Below are positions 13,501 to 33,972 of a DNA stretch of 64,000 bases, in pieces. The notes under the pieces are model-generated. The model saw only the letters and a program-made list of their open reading frames with translations, made no database searches and had not been told where the DNA came from. Positions within the stretch are counted from its first letter, which is position 1; each line of letters opens with the position of its first letter. This DNA is from Macrostomum lignano. Lineage: Eukaryota. The position numbers and the translations under genes were made by a program. The stretch covers positions 1-64,000 of the forward strand of contig NIVC01003099.1 in assembly GCA_002269645.1 (NCBI GenBank), read 5' to 3'.

Positions 13501-15394
13501 ATTTAAGGATTGTAATTAGTGTGAGGACTTTCGGGGATTTCTAATAGGATTTTTATCTGAAGATTTATAGCATACGTATATGAGGATGCTTTCAGCAATC
13601 TTTAAAACTCCCCTTTGTTTTTATCCCATTCCCAACTATGATTTTCCCAACCAACCCCATTCGCAGCCGCCGCTGGCCGACTCCGCATGATCCGGCTGCT
13701 GTACCCCGACCAGATGGTCTGCTACAGCGAGATGCAGGGCCACCGGGACGAGATCGCCTGTCTGGCCTTCCACCCCAACCAGCCCACCGTGCTGTTCTCA
13801 GGCGACAGCAAAGCCGCCATCCTGGTCTGGGATATCGGCATCCCCATGCCGCCGGACTTCCAGGCCAGCTACACCCTGCTGGCTAAGCTGCGCTGTCCCC
13901 GTCCGGATGTGAATCCCGTGCTCAATCTGGTGTTCATGCCGACTCTGGACTGCCTCATTGCCGGCTGCGAAGATGGCATCTTCGTCTGGAAGATGGCCAG
14001 CGTGATGTCTGACAACAGCAAGGCGCTGCCTGAGCGGGAACCAGACGCTGAGATCAAAGTGCCAACTAATAAAGAGCCCTGCTTTGACGGCCTGTGCCTG
14101 CTGAATGACACAGTTCTAGTGAGCAAATGCGTTGAAGAGGGCCGACTGGTGATCTTCGACCTGTACTCTGTGTATGCCAAGATGACCGGCCATTTCAAGA
14201 CCATCTTTGTCGACATTCTCGGCTCGGTTCGGTGGAAAACTACTGACGAGATTTATATCAACTGCTCGGCCAGGCCCGGGTCCAGGCCGTCACCTGCGGC
14301 GACAATGAGGGCAACATCTGGATTTACGATTTTAGCCGGATTAACTGGGCCGGCGTAAGCCGCAAGAACAAGTTCCGCATGGAGGCTTCCAAGATTCTGC
14401 CCTGGCCGCAGTGCTCCGTTGGAGGCGACGGCAGGATGCCTGAGGTGAGCTGGTTTATTCTATTATAATCTAATAAGCCTCCCAGATCCTCAGTTGCTGG
14501 GCTGCCAGCCTCCCAGATCCTCAGTTGCTGGGCCAGCCTCCCAGATCCTCAGTTTCTGGGCCAGCCTTCCAGATCCTCAGTTGCTGGGCCAGCCTCCCAG
14601 ATCCCCAGTTGCTGGGCTGCCAGCCTCCCAGATCCTCAGTTGCTGGGCCAGCCTCCCAGATCCTCAGTTTCTGGGCCAGCCTCTCAGTCTCAGATCCTCA
14701 GTTGCTGGGCCAGCCTCCCAGATCCTCAGTTGCTGGGCTGCCAGCCTCCCAGATCCTCAGTTGCTGGGCTGCCAGCCTCCCAGATCCTCAGTTGCTGGGC
14801 CAGCCTCCCAGATCCTCAGTTTCTGGGCCAGCCTTCCAGATCCTCAGTTGCTGGGCCAGCCTTCCAGATCCCCAGTTGCTGGGCCAGCCTCCCAGATCCC
14901 CAGTTGCTGGGCCAGCCTTCCAGACCCCCAGTTGCTGGGCCAGCCTCCCAGATCCTCAGTTGCTGGGCCAGCCTTCCAGATCCCCAGTTGCTGGGCCAGC
15001 CTCCCAGATCCCCAGTTGCTGGGCCAGCCTCCCAGATCCTAGATCCAGCCACATCGGCAGCTCCCCCAACCCGCTCGCTACCCAGGAGAGCTCGGCAGGC
15101 AGCCGGGAGCACAGCCCAGTTGTGAACACCACAGACGCCAGCGGCGATGGCCAGTTCATCTGCGCAGTCACGGACAACAATCTGGTGTGCATCTGGAAGG
15201 CGTCAGCAGCGGAACCTGGCGCCGCTGGTCAGGGCGAGCTGGACCAGTCCGGCACCTCCACTGCCGTGGCTGCAGCCAGCAGCAGCGTCCAGCTGGCCTC
15301 CTCTGGCCAGCATGAGGTGGCGGACTTGGACGCTGAGCCGCGGTCTCGGGCGGCTGGCAGCGGCGGAGTCGGCCGGCCCAAGCGATCCACTTAG
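4532..15394 (+). CDS. LRWD1: LRWD1/ORCA-like LRR-WD40 protein with N-terminal extension carrying two NAB NCD2-like domains (~1510 aa)
   Basis: Exons 4532-4777, 5558-6063, 6624-6959, 7521-8252, 8989-9300, 10250-11015, 12551-13096, 13667-14444, 15086-15394. All introns GT-AG with matching phases (0,0,0,0,0,1,1,0). LRR block VTSLNLSGLGL...LRQLDLSENALQFLP...LTVLDISGN...QFPLLEELK...PRLRTLNG. WD40 blocks VWRCAFEP, LVATCGGDSVCLIDCDTG, EEFYCLAW, ILAAAG, GHRDEIACLAFHP, CGDNEGNIWIYD, AVTDNNLVCIW, which follow LRWD1 order. Needs +1 nt near 5930-5940 and +1 nt at GGG 14278-14280. Confidence 0.85.
4903..5525. repeat. Minisatellite, 25-32 bp units (CTATCAACCCCTACCCCCAATGTGCACT variants), intron 1 of LRWD1-like gene
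   Basis: Direct reading of tandem units. Confidence 0.95.
6068..6530. repeat. Minisatellite, 30-bp unit GTGACTGTTTCTGTACCCTCCCATGAGTCA, intron 2
   Basis: Direct reading; starts immediately after the GTAATG donor. Confidence 0.95.
7021..7475. repeat. Minisatellite, 28-bp unit CCTCCCAGATCCTCAGTTGCTGGGCCAG, intron 3
   Basis: Direct reading; same family at 14475-15040 and 18672-19640. Confidence 0.95.
8296..8925. repeat. Minisatellite, 30-bp unit (TCAGAATCCCAGATCCCAAGAATGGGTATT variants), intron 4
   Basis: Direct reading. Confidence 0.95.
9325..10210. repeat. Minisatellite, 34-bp unit GTCCAGCTCTCATTGTGAGATTCCAGCGTCTCTA decaying to ~20-bp units, intron 5
   Basis: Direct reading. Confidence 0.95.
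11050..12430. repeat. Minisatellite, 31/33-bp unit GGTTTGTTTCTAAGAATCTGTCTAATAGTCT(TT) with degenerate flanks, intron 6
   Basis: Direct reading. Confidence 0.95.
13140..13555. repeat. Degenerate ~20-30 bp minisatellite (ATTCTAATTAGTGTGGGATT core), intron 7
   Basis: Recurrent core motif. Confidence 0.85.
14475..15040. repeat. 28-bp minisatellite family, second array, intron 8
   Basis: Same unit as 7021-7475. Confidence 0.95.
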
Positions 15395-15470
15395 CTGTCC
15401 ATCAGGCACGGGTTTCATGCACCCAATTGAAGCAGAACTCTCTTAAACTTGTAAATAATCTTATTTAAAC

Positions 15471-15476
15471 AATAAA
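15471..15476 (+). terminator. Putative polyadenylation signal AATAAA of the LRWD1-like gene
   Basis: AATAAA 77 nt after the stop codon. Confidence 0.5.
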
Positions 15477-16169
15477 AACTACAGTAATATCTCTGTCGGC
15501 CTACTAACAATATAGCAAGTAAAAATAGTTAGTAGCATGAAGAGGGTTGTAATGTTATGTTATATATAATAATTGCGTCATTTAAATATTTGTTACTTAT
15601 CCATCATTGTGCAAAACTATATTCTTTTAATTTTTGTTGTTTTTTGTGTGGCATAAAATGGCAGCTGCTGAAAAAAAACATTTACGCCCCCGTAATGTTT
15701 ACACTCGCACTACTTTGCATTAGTAGTATCACGAATGCGTTTCTACTATATGTTACTAATTAGTAGTCTGATATCTAATCATGGTAAGTAATATTGTTGT
15801 AAAATTCTTGTACGAGACGCGTTAAAAATTCAAATTTGTGCAACGTAACTTATAATTTTTGGTTGATGTCTTGTAATTATTATTAATAGCTGTCTGGTTG
15901 GTTAATCTTGAAATAAATTATTAATTAAATAAATACAAACATTCATATTCTACTACTGTCGGCTTGGCAACCATTTGTACTTTTATTATCTATTTTTGGC
16001 CTGAAAAGATGATTTAATTAAATCTTCTCTGCAAACTGTTTTATTAGCAGTTATGATAATTATAATAATTAGTTTTTAATTAAAACATTAGATAAATTTG
16101 TATTAGTTGATCATGGGGTGAAAATCGTTTGAACAATCATTCAACAATACAACAATCATTTTGACATAA

Positions 16170-17330
16170 TGAGATTTGAGACTTGACTGATTGATTTTCA
16201 ATGGGATTTGAGAGTTGATCAATTGATTTTCCATGAGATTTGAGGGTTGATCAGTTTATTATCAATGGAATAAGAGAGTTGATCAATTGATTTTCCATGA
16301 GATTTGAGAGTTGATCAGTTTATTATCAATGGAATAAGAGAGTTGATCAATTGATTTTCTATGAGATTTGAGAGTTGATCAGTTTATTATCAATGGAATA
16401 AGAGAGTTGATCAATTGATTTTCTATGAGATTTGAGAGTTGATCAGTTCATTATCAATGGAATAAGAGAGTTGATCAATTGATTTTCTATGAGATTTGAG
16501 AGTTGATCAGTTTATTATCAATGGAATAAGAGAGTTGATCAATTGATTTCCTATGAGATTTGAGAGTTGATCAGTTTATTATCAATGGAATAAGAGAGTT
16601 GATCAATTGATTTTCTATGAGATTTGAGAGTTGATCAGTTTATTATCAATGGAATAAGAGAGTTGATCAATTGATTTTCTATGAGATTTGAGAGTTGATC
16701 AGTTTATTATCAATGGAATAAGAGAGTTGATCAATTGATTTTCTATGAGATTTGAGAGTTGATCAGTTTATTATCAATGGAATAAGAGAGTTGATCAATT
16801 GATTTTCTATGAGATTTGAGAGTTGATCAGTTTATTATCAATGGAATAAGAGAGTTGATCAATTGATTTTCCATGAGATTTGAGAGTTGATCAGTTTATT
16901 ATCAATGGGATTTGAGAGTTGATCAATTGATTTTCTATGAGATTTGAGGGTTGATCAGTTTATTATCAATGGAATAAGAGAGTTGATCAATTGATTTTCC
17001 ATGAGATTTGAGGGTTGATCAGTTTATTATCAATGGAATAAGAGAGTTGATCAATTGATTTTCTATGAGATTTGAGAGTTGATCAGTTTATTATCAATGG
17101 AATAAGAGAGTTGATCAATTGATTTTCTATGAGATTTGAGAGTTTATCAATTGGTTTTCCATGAGATTTGAGAGTTGATCAATTGATTTTCCATGAGATT
17201 TGAGGGTTGATCAGTTTATTATCAATGGAATAAGAGAGTTGATCAATTGATTTTCCATGAGATTTGTGAATTGATCAATTGATTTTCCATGAGATTTGAG
17301 AGTTGATCAGTTTATTATCAATGAGATTTG
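16170..17330. repeat. Intergenic minisatellite, 64-bp unit made of two related ~32-bp halves (GAGAGTTGATCA core)
   Basis: AGTTTATTATCAATGG recurs at 16381, 16445, 16509 (64-bp period). Confidence 0.95.
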
Positions 17331-17394
17331 ATCAATAGATCATCATTAATCAGTTGAAGTGGGTCAATATATCATCAATACGGTGTCGGATCTC

Positions 17395-20046
17395 TCAAAG
17401 TCCCTGCTCACAGAGCCGGTCGAGTTTCAGAAAATCCTCAACTTCCAAGGCCCTGGTACTCAGTCCGTAGCATCGCATCCAGCCTGCCAAGCAGCTCTCA
17501 GACGCGGGAGCGAATCCCAGTCTCAGACAGGAGAATCGGTCAGCTTCATCGCTAGATCCCATCTCTAATCCGAGTCCGATTTCGGTGCGGCTTAGAAAAG
17601 TCCCGTTCAAATAGAATCTTGGATTTCTGCTGGCGTTGTAATAGACAAATCCCAGTGACATTGTCTGCGGGATTAATGGCTTGGTCCCTGTGTTGGGGAA
17701 TGCATTGGCAACCGACTGGGAGTATGTGCCTCTGATGCCGTTCTCTGACCAGTAGGCATAGTTGTACATGTAGCTGCTGCCTTTGGCGAATGTATTGCCG
17801 CTGCTGCTGTTGTTGCATTGCTGGAATCGGTGGTAGAACTGGTACCTGCGTGATGTGGTGAAATGACATTGATGAAGGTAAGAGGTTTGGGGTGTTGGGG
17901 GTACGAGTTTGGAGGTTGTTGGGGGGAAGAATTTTGGATTGTTGGGGGTAGAGTTTTGGGGTGTTGGGGGTACGAATTTTGGGGGGTAAGAGTTTTGGGG
18001 TGGTGGGGGTAAGAGTTTTGGGTGTTGGGGGTAAGAGTTTTGGGGTGGTGGGGGTAAGAGTTTTGGGTGCTGGGGGTAAGAGTTTTGGGTGGTGGGGGTA
18101 AGAGTTTTGGGTGTTGAGGGTAAGAGTTTTTGGGTGGTGAGGGGTCGGAGGTCTGAGGTGGTGGGGGTAAGAGTTTGGAGTGGTGGGGAGTAACAGTTTG
18201 GGGTGGCGCAGGGGGTGCGCTCATTAGTTTTGTGTCGGGACAAGTGCGGATCATGGGAATTCTAATACCCTCCGTTAAGTCTTTGTGGGTTCCAATCAGT
18301 GTATCCAATTTGTAAATTTATGTTTGGCATTTTGTCAACTCATTTATCTGAGTGAGATAAATGACAAAAAACACACGCACGCACCTTTTGTCCAACAGGT
18401 GCTGCACCTTTGCGTATACAGAGAAAGAACCGTTGCGTTTGAGAATATTTTCGAATCCCGGTGTCTCCACGCTCAGATAGGATTCATTGTGGCCTCCGAG
18501 CTGCACTCCATCGGCGTCCAGGGTGGCATTGCGGGCTGACAGGCAGAACTGCCTAGGATCGACTTGGTTGATGAGGCCCGACTGACGGAAATTGTAGAAC
18601 AGCTTCATGCCGAGGCTGGTGAGGGCATCTGGAAGGTCAGGTGGGTGGGTGATTGCATAAGCTTGACATATACTCAGTTGCTGGGCCAGCCTCCCAGATC
18701 CTCAGTTTCTGGGCCAGCCTCCCAGATCCCCAGTTTCTTGGCCAGCCTCCCAGATCCCCAGTTGCTGGGCCAGCCTCCCAGATCCTCAGTTGCTGGGCAG
18801 CCTCCCAGATCCCCAGTTGCTGGGCCAGCCTCCCAGATCCTCAGTTGCTGGGCCAGCCTCCCAGATCCCCAGTTGCTGGGCCAGCCTCCCAGATCCTCAG
18901 TTGCTGGGCCAGCCTCCCAGATCCCCAGTTGCTGGGCCAGCCTCCCAGATCCTCAGTTGCTGGGCAGCCTCCCAGATCCCCAGTTGCTGGGCCAGCCTCC
19001 CAGATCCTCAGTTGCTGGGCCAGCCTCCCAGATCCCCAGTTGCTGGGCCAGCCTCCCAGATCCTCAGTTGCTGGACCAGCCTCCCAGATCCTCAGTTGCT
19101 GGGCCAGCCTCCCAGATCCCCAGTTGCTGGGCCAGCCTCCCAGATCCTCTGCAGTTGCTAGGTCAGCCTCCCAGATCCCCAGTTGCTGGGCCAGCCTCCC
19201 AGATCCTTATTTGCTGGGCAACCAGCCTCCCAGATCCTCAGTTGCTTGGCAACCAGCCTCCCAGATCCTCAGTTGCTGGGCAACCAGCCTCCCAGATCCT
19301 CAGTTGCTGGGCCAGCCTCCCAGATCCTCAGTTTCTGGGCCAGCCTCCCAGATCCTCAGTTTCTGGGCCAGCCTCCCAGATTCTCAGTTGCTGGACAGCC
19401 TCCCAGATCCTCAGTTGCTAGGCCAGCCTCCCAGATCCTCTGCAGTTGCTAGGTCAGCCTCCCAGATCCTCAGTTGCTAGGCCAGCCTCCCAGATCCTCT
19501 GCAGTTGCTAGGTCAGCCTCCCAGATCCTCAGTTGCTGGGTCAGCCTCCCAGATCCTCAGTTGCTGGGCCAGCCTCCCAGATCCTCAGTTGCTGGGCAGT
19601 CAGCCTCTCAGATCCCCATTTGCTAGGCCAGCCTCCCACCAGATTCTCAAGCTAAAACCGATCACCAAGTCCATTTGGCACTGCTAACCATCAGACGCGG
19701 TAGGCTCGCTAGCCGAGTGGAAAAACGAGCTGCAACCCCCATCCGGAATCCACTGCTGCGCAGTCGAGGCGCACGCTTTACCAAGGAAACAGATGCCGCT
19801 GCTAGAATTGAAATGAAAGCCGTTGCAGACAGACTTGCTGGAGCACAGGACGCTGCAGTCGGCCTCGCTCTCAGTTCTGACAATGAATTCCGAAAACTTC
19901 TCCGTTTGCAGACTCAAATTTGAGTAGTTGTAAATTGCTGGACACAGCTCAGTCTTTTTGAACGATAATCCAGAGGCTCGAACACTCAGATCCGGCCAGG
20001 CTGCTGTTATTGCTGCCACCAGAGTGATGAAGCTTCTAAAAGTCAT
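17395..20046 (-). CDS. Secreted protein: signal peptide + PAN/Apple domain + LamG/pentraxin-like (ConA-fold) domain, ~350 aa
   Basis: Exons 20046-19689, 18628-18385, 17845-17395; GT-AG, phases 1 and 2 match; no stops. Hydrophobic N-terminus MTFRSFITLVAAITAAW. PAN cysteine pattern CSVLCSSKSVCNGFHFNSSSGICFL. C-terminal GFVYYN...RFYLNG...LRLG...LAGWMRCYGLSTRAL resembles LamG/pentraxin. An upstream in-frame ATG exists at 20088. Confidence 0.8.
17880..18205. repeat. G-rich ~24-bp minisatellite (GTGGTGGGGGTAAGAGTTTTGGGG), intron 2 of PAN-LamG gene
   Basis: Direct reading; same family at 20895-21170. Confidence 0.9.
18672..19640. repeat. 28-bp minisatellite family, third array, intron 1 of PAN-LamG gene
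   Basis: Same unit as 7021-7475. Confidence 0.95.
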
Positions 20047-20105
20047 ACTTGTTCTTTCAAGTCCTTGAAATTTGAGGCCGATTTCCATATTGAACCTGCT
20101 GGGCC

Positions 20106-20153
20106 TTTAAATAGCCAGATTCATGCCGGAGTATGCATGACCTCAGATGACCT
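20106..20153 (-). promoter_or_regulatory. Candidate core promoter of the PAN-LamG gene: TATA-like TATTTAAA (20113-20106) and perfect DR4 AGGTCA-N4-AGGTCA (20153-20138)
   Basis: Motifs read directly; function inferred. Confidence 0.4.
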
Positions 20154-20894
20154 CAGCAGTAGCAGCAGCTAGCAGAAACAACAGAATTCACCTCAACCCC
20201 CACCCCAACCAGCAATTTATTGTGTCAACTAAACCACGAATCCTGCTTTCCCTACTGGCAGCTCAGCATGTTTGCTTTGGCAATTCAAATCTTGAGTTAA
20301 CGCTGTATGTATGGCAATCAGCCTCTTCTAGAAGAAGATTCGCATGCCTGCCTAAAAGCGTTAGGCCTGAGAAAGATTTCATCAATAAAAAAACTTTTTA
20401 AAAAAAATCTATCGGAGACATAAAAACGCAAAAGTTTGAAATTGTTTTTTCGATTATTCTGTCAAAATCAATCGATGAAAATAAATCAAATAGAATATTT
20501 CTATATAGCACAGTTTTATTTGTTAAAAAAATAATCAATATTATTTGAACAGCAAGATAGCTAAGTGCAATAAGCTTTATAAATATTTGAAAGCAATAAG
20601 TCTAGCTGAACAATTAACGGTAATAACGCCGTAAACTCGAATAAACATGCTGATATTTAATGCTCTGATATCTGTCTTGTCAGCGATCTGGTTAAAAATA
20701 ATCTACTTTAGGGTAAAAATTCTAAATATAAGTGGTTCGCAACAGGAGAAGAATAAAAAGGAAGCGAGGTTAAGGGTGCATTGCGACTGTGGCACTGTTA
20801 CTTGAATAATAATCGGTCTCATAGAAAACAAAAATAAATATGGCCACCTCGATCATTTTATCGATTTAGATTATTAAAGATTGTGTTTTTAGGC

Positions 20895-21170
20895 TGTGTT
20901 GGGGGTAAATAAGAGTCTTGGTGGTGGGGGTAGGAGTTTTGGGGTGATGGGAGAAAGAGTTTTGGAGTGGTGGGGTAAGAGTTTTGGGGTGGTGGGAGTA
21001 AGAGTTTTGGGGTGGTGGGAGTAAGAGTTTTGGGGTGGTGGGGGTAAGAGTTTTGGGGTGGTGGGGGTAAGAGTTTTGGGGTGGTGGGAGAAAGAGTTGT
21101 GGAGTGGTGGGAGTAAGAGTTTTGGGGTGGTGGGGGTAAGAGTTTTGGGGTGGTGGGTAAAAGAGTGTTT
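20895..21170. repeat. G-rich ~24-bp minisatellite, second array (intergenic)
   Basis: Same unit as 17880-18205. Confidence 0.9.
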
Positions 21171-21357
21171 TAGAACCTTAGATAGAAAGTTTTGGGGTAA
21201 TAACGCGTCGATGTCGTAACGTGAATTGTAACCTTCCGAAAGTTTTTGTTGAGCTACGCTGGTTTAGGGTCACACAATAAAAATGATCTTCCTTAAGCCA
21301 TAAACTTGGTGTGAGTCAGTTTTTAAATCGAAAGCCGGCAACTCAACAGAAACTTTG

Positions 21358-31475
<10,118 letters not shown>

Positions 31476-32996
31476 TTTGGATTTAATATCAGAAGTTTAG
31501 AGGAAGATAATTTATTTTACGCTTTGAAGTACAAAATATAATTGACTCGATAATCACTCGATTATTTCACTTTGAATAACAGGTAGCTACTGAAAATAAA
31601 AGGCATGATTAAAAATTTAGTTATATCTCACTTTTTTTCATATTGTGCGCATTATAAAATAAAATAGATTACTTCAAGGCTTGAATTTTACTGTAGCCCT
31701 AACTTATTATGTAAAATTAAGCGTCTTTGTTAATATGACTACGTCACGGATTGGTATTGTTACTAGAAAATGTAAATCAGTAAAGTGGTACATGCAAAGC
31801 ATAGATGTGGATAATCTACAAAATGTTAATTTTTCTATTTTATAAATTAGGTATATACATTACTGTAATAGTATTTCTTCTATTTACCAGTTGCCAGTAT
31901 AGTGCATTCATTTGGGCACTATAAATGGCATGATCAACATTTTCGGAGCAGGATAAGCTTGATTCGCTGGGGTTCGGGTTAAAATAATTAAATAAAAATA
32001 AAAATTCTTTTAAATTAGAGCTGAAACCGTTCTGCTATTAAAAATGACACCCGCCCTCTCAGTTATAACAACTGAGAAATGTAGAAGTGCTACATTTACA
32101 CATGCAGATTTATGTTTTACGTGGGCATATTACCTTGCATAATCTGTATGACATGCAGTCGTCGAGCAAGAGAAAATTTAATGTATCGCAAAATTTTTCA
32201 GTACACTTTGCACTAATCTTATTAATACTTTCTATCATGATCATGTATGACTATTATACAGACTCAAGCAGATGTATACATCTGTATATAAATACACCTA
32301 GCCTTACACTGCCCGACAGGAGCCAAGAGCTGCACGACTTTTAGTCCAAAGTCTCCATGCAATATGCATCGCAAATCATCCTCAACCTCACGCGCATTAT
32401 GTCCGTGATGAAGAATTCATTTTGCAGCTGCTGCCCGGCTGTGTGGGGTAGCAAAAAGGAAGACCATGCAAGAATAAACGGAATGGCCATTTTTTCACTT
32501 TGTTTTAATCTATTCATTATATTAAGCACACACTGCATGGCTCGTGCGGCAACTCTCTCATTATTTTTTGGCAAAGAAAATCGCGTGTTGGCAATTCTGC
32601 ACCGAATTCATCATATTGCAGCTGCTGCCGCGCTCCCTGAGGGATTTCTGCAACTTTCGATCCCTATAGCTCACAACGCGCGATTCTTGAATACAATTCC
32701 CGGTTGGCATTAGTAGGCGCACGTGCAGTAGCCATTATACTTGTGGAGTATATTTAATAAACTCCTGCTACTGCTGTTTAAGAATCTTATAGAGAAATGA
32801 TTGATTAAAATCAAACTAGAATTACAACGATTTCAATTAGATTATCCTTTCGATTGAAGTCACCGCGGTGATTTGGAATTCAGCTGCTGTCTCCCCAGGT
32901 AAAATTAATTTTGGCAATCAAACCTGATAAGGTCACTGGAGCAGAAACTCTGAGAAATACAGCAGCTCGAGAACTAATTTCGATCAAATGAATGCT

Positions 32997-33382
32997 TTAG
33001 CACCAAGGGGCGCCAGCACCAAGGGGCGCCAGCACCAAGGGGCGCCAGCACCAAGGGGCGCCAGCACCAAGGGGCGCCAGCACCAAGGGGCGCCAGCACC
33101 AAGGGGCGCCAGCACCAAGGGGCGCCAGCACCAAGGGGCGCCAGCACCAAGGGGCGCCAGCACCAAGGGGCGCCAGCACCAAGGGGCGCCAGCACCAAGG
33201 GGCGCCAGCACCAAGGGGCGCCAGCACCAAGGGGCGCCAGCACCAAGGGGCGCCAGCACCAAGGGGCGCCAGCACCAAGGGGCGCCAGCACCAAGGGGCG
33301 CCAGCACCAAGGGGCGCCAGCACCAAGGGGCGCCAGCACCAAGGGGCGCCAGCACCAAGGGGCGCCAGCACCAAGGGGCGCC
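32997..33382. repeat. 16-bp minisatellite CACCAAGGGGCGCCAG, highly homogeneous
   Basis: Direct reading. Confidence 0.97.
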
Positions 33383-33972
33383 ACAGCTTTTGCAGCCTAT
33401 GGCAGTCGTAAGCAACCAACAAAGGTGAAAATTAACCACACAAAATCTGTTATATTTGAATTATATAGTTGATAATTCCGCAAAATTTTTCACGTTTATT
33501 GAACAAATACAGTTTCGTTATTAATTTAATTTTTAATAGTTCAGCGTCCAGACAACAGTTGACCCGCAAGCAGTTAATTGCATATACTGAACAGTCACAA
33601 CAGCACAGGAAATTCAGAGTTTAAATTTACGACAGACAATTATTGACACAAGGTGCTGAGAAAATACACAGATATAATCGTAGAACAAAACACGCATAAA
33701 AAATCGCTGATATTTTTACAAAAAGTTTTACTTTATCTGTTTATCAAAAGCAAACATTAATTTGGACAGAGCAGACGCGACTGACACTCGGGCCTTGGTT
33801 CGATTCCGGGTGTCGGCCACTCGCCCTCATACACCCATGAGGGCCAACCCCCAAGGCGAAGAAGGTGTACATCCTCTCGACCAAGGCTTCACGCAGTGGG
33901 TGGCCCGCAGCTCTCCCGCTATTACAACAATACAACAAGACTCTGTTACTACACGCAGGTACAACAAGACTG

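Noticed and set aside
18243-18350. Extra small exon in PAN-LamG intron 2 (KMPNINLQIGYTDW…)
   Set aside because: The nearby acceptor gives immediate stops, and exons 2 and 3 already join in phase
31898-31923. 8-bp stem hairpin TATAGTGC-N10-GCACTATA upstream of the kinesin
   Set aside because: Too short to distinguish from chance; no Helitron end or ncRNA context
32087-32713. Short ORFs on both strands between kinesin and GPCR
   Set aside because: No motifs, no convincing splice framework
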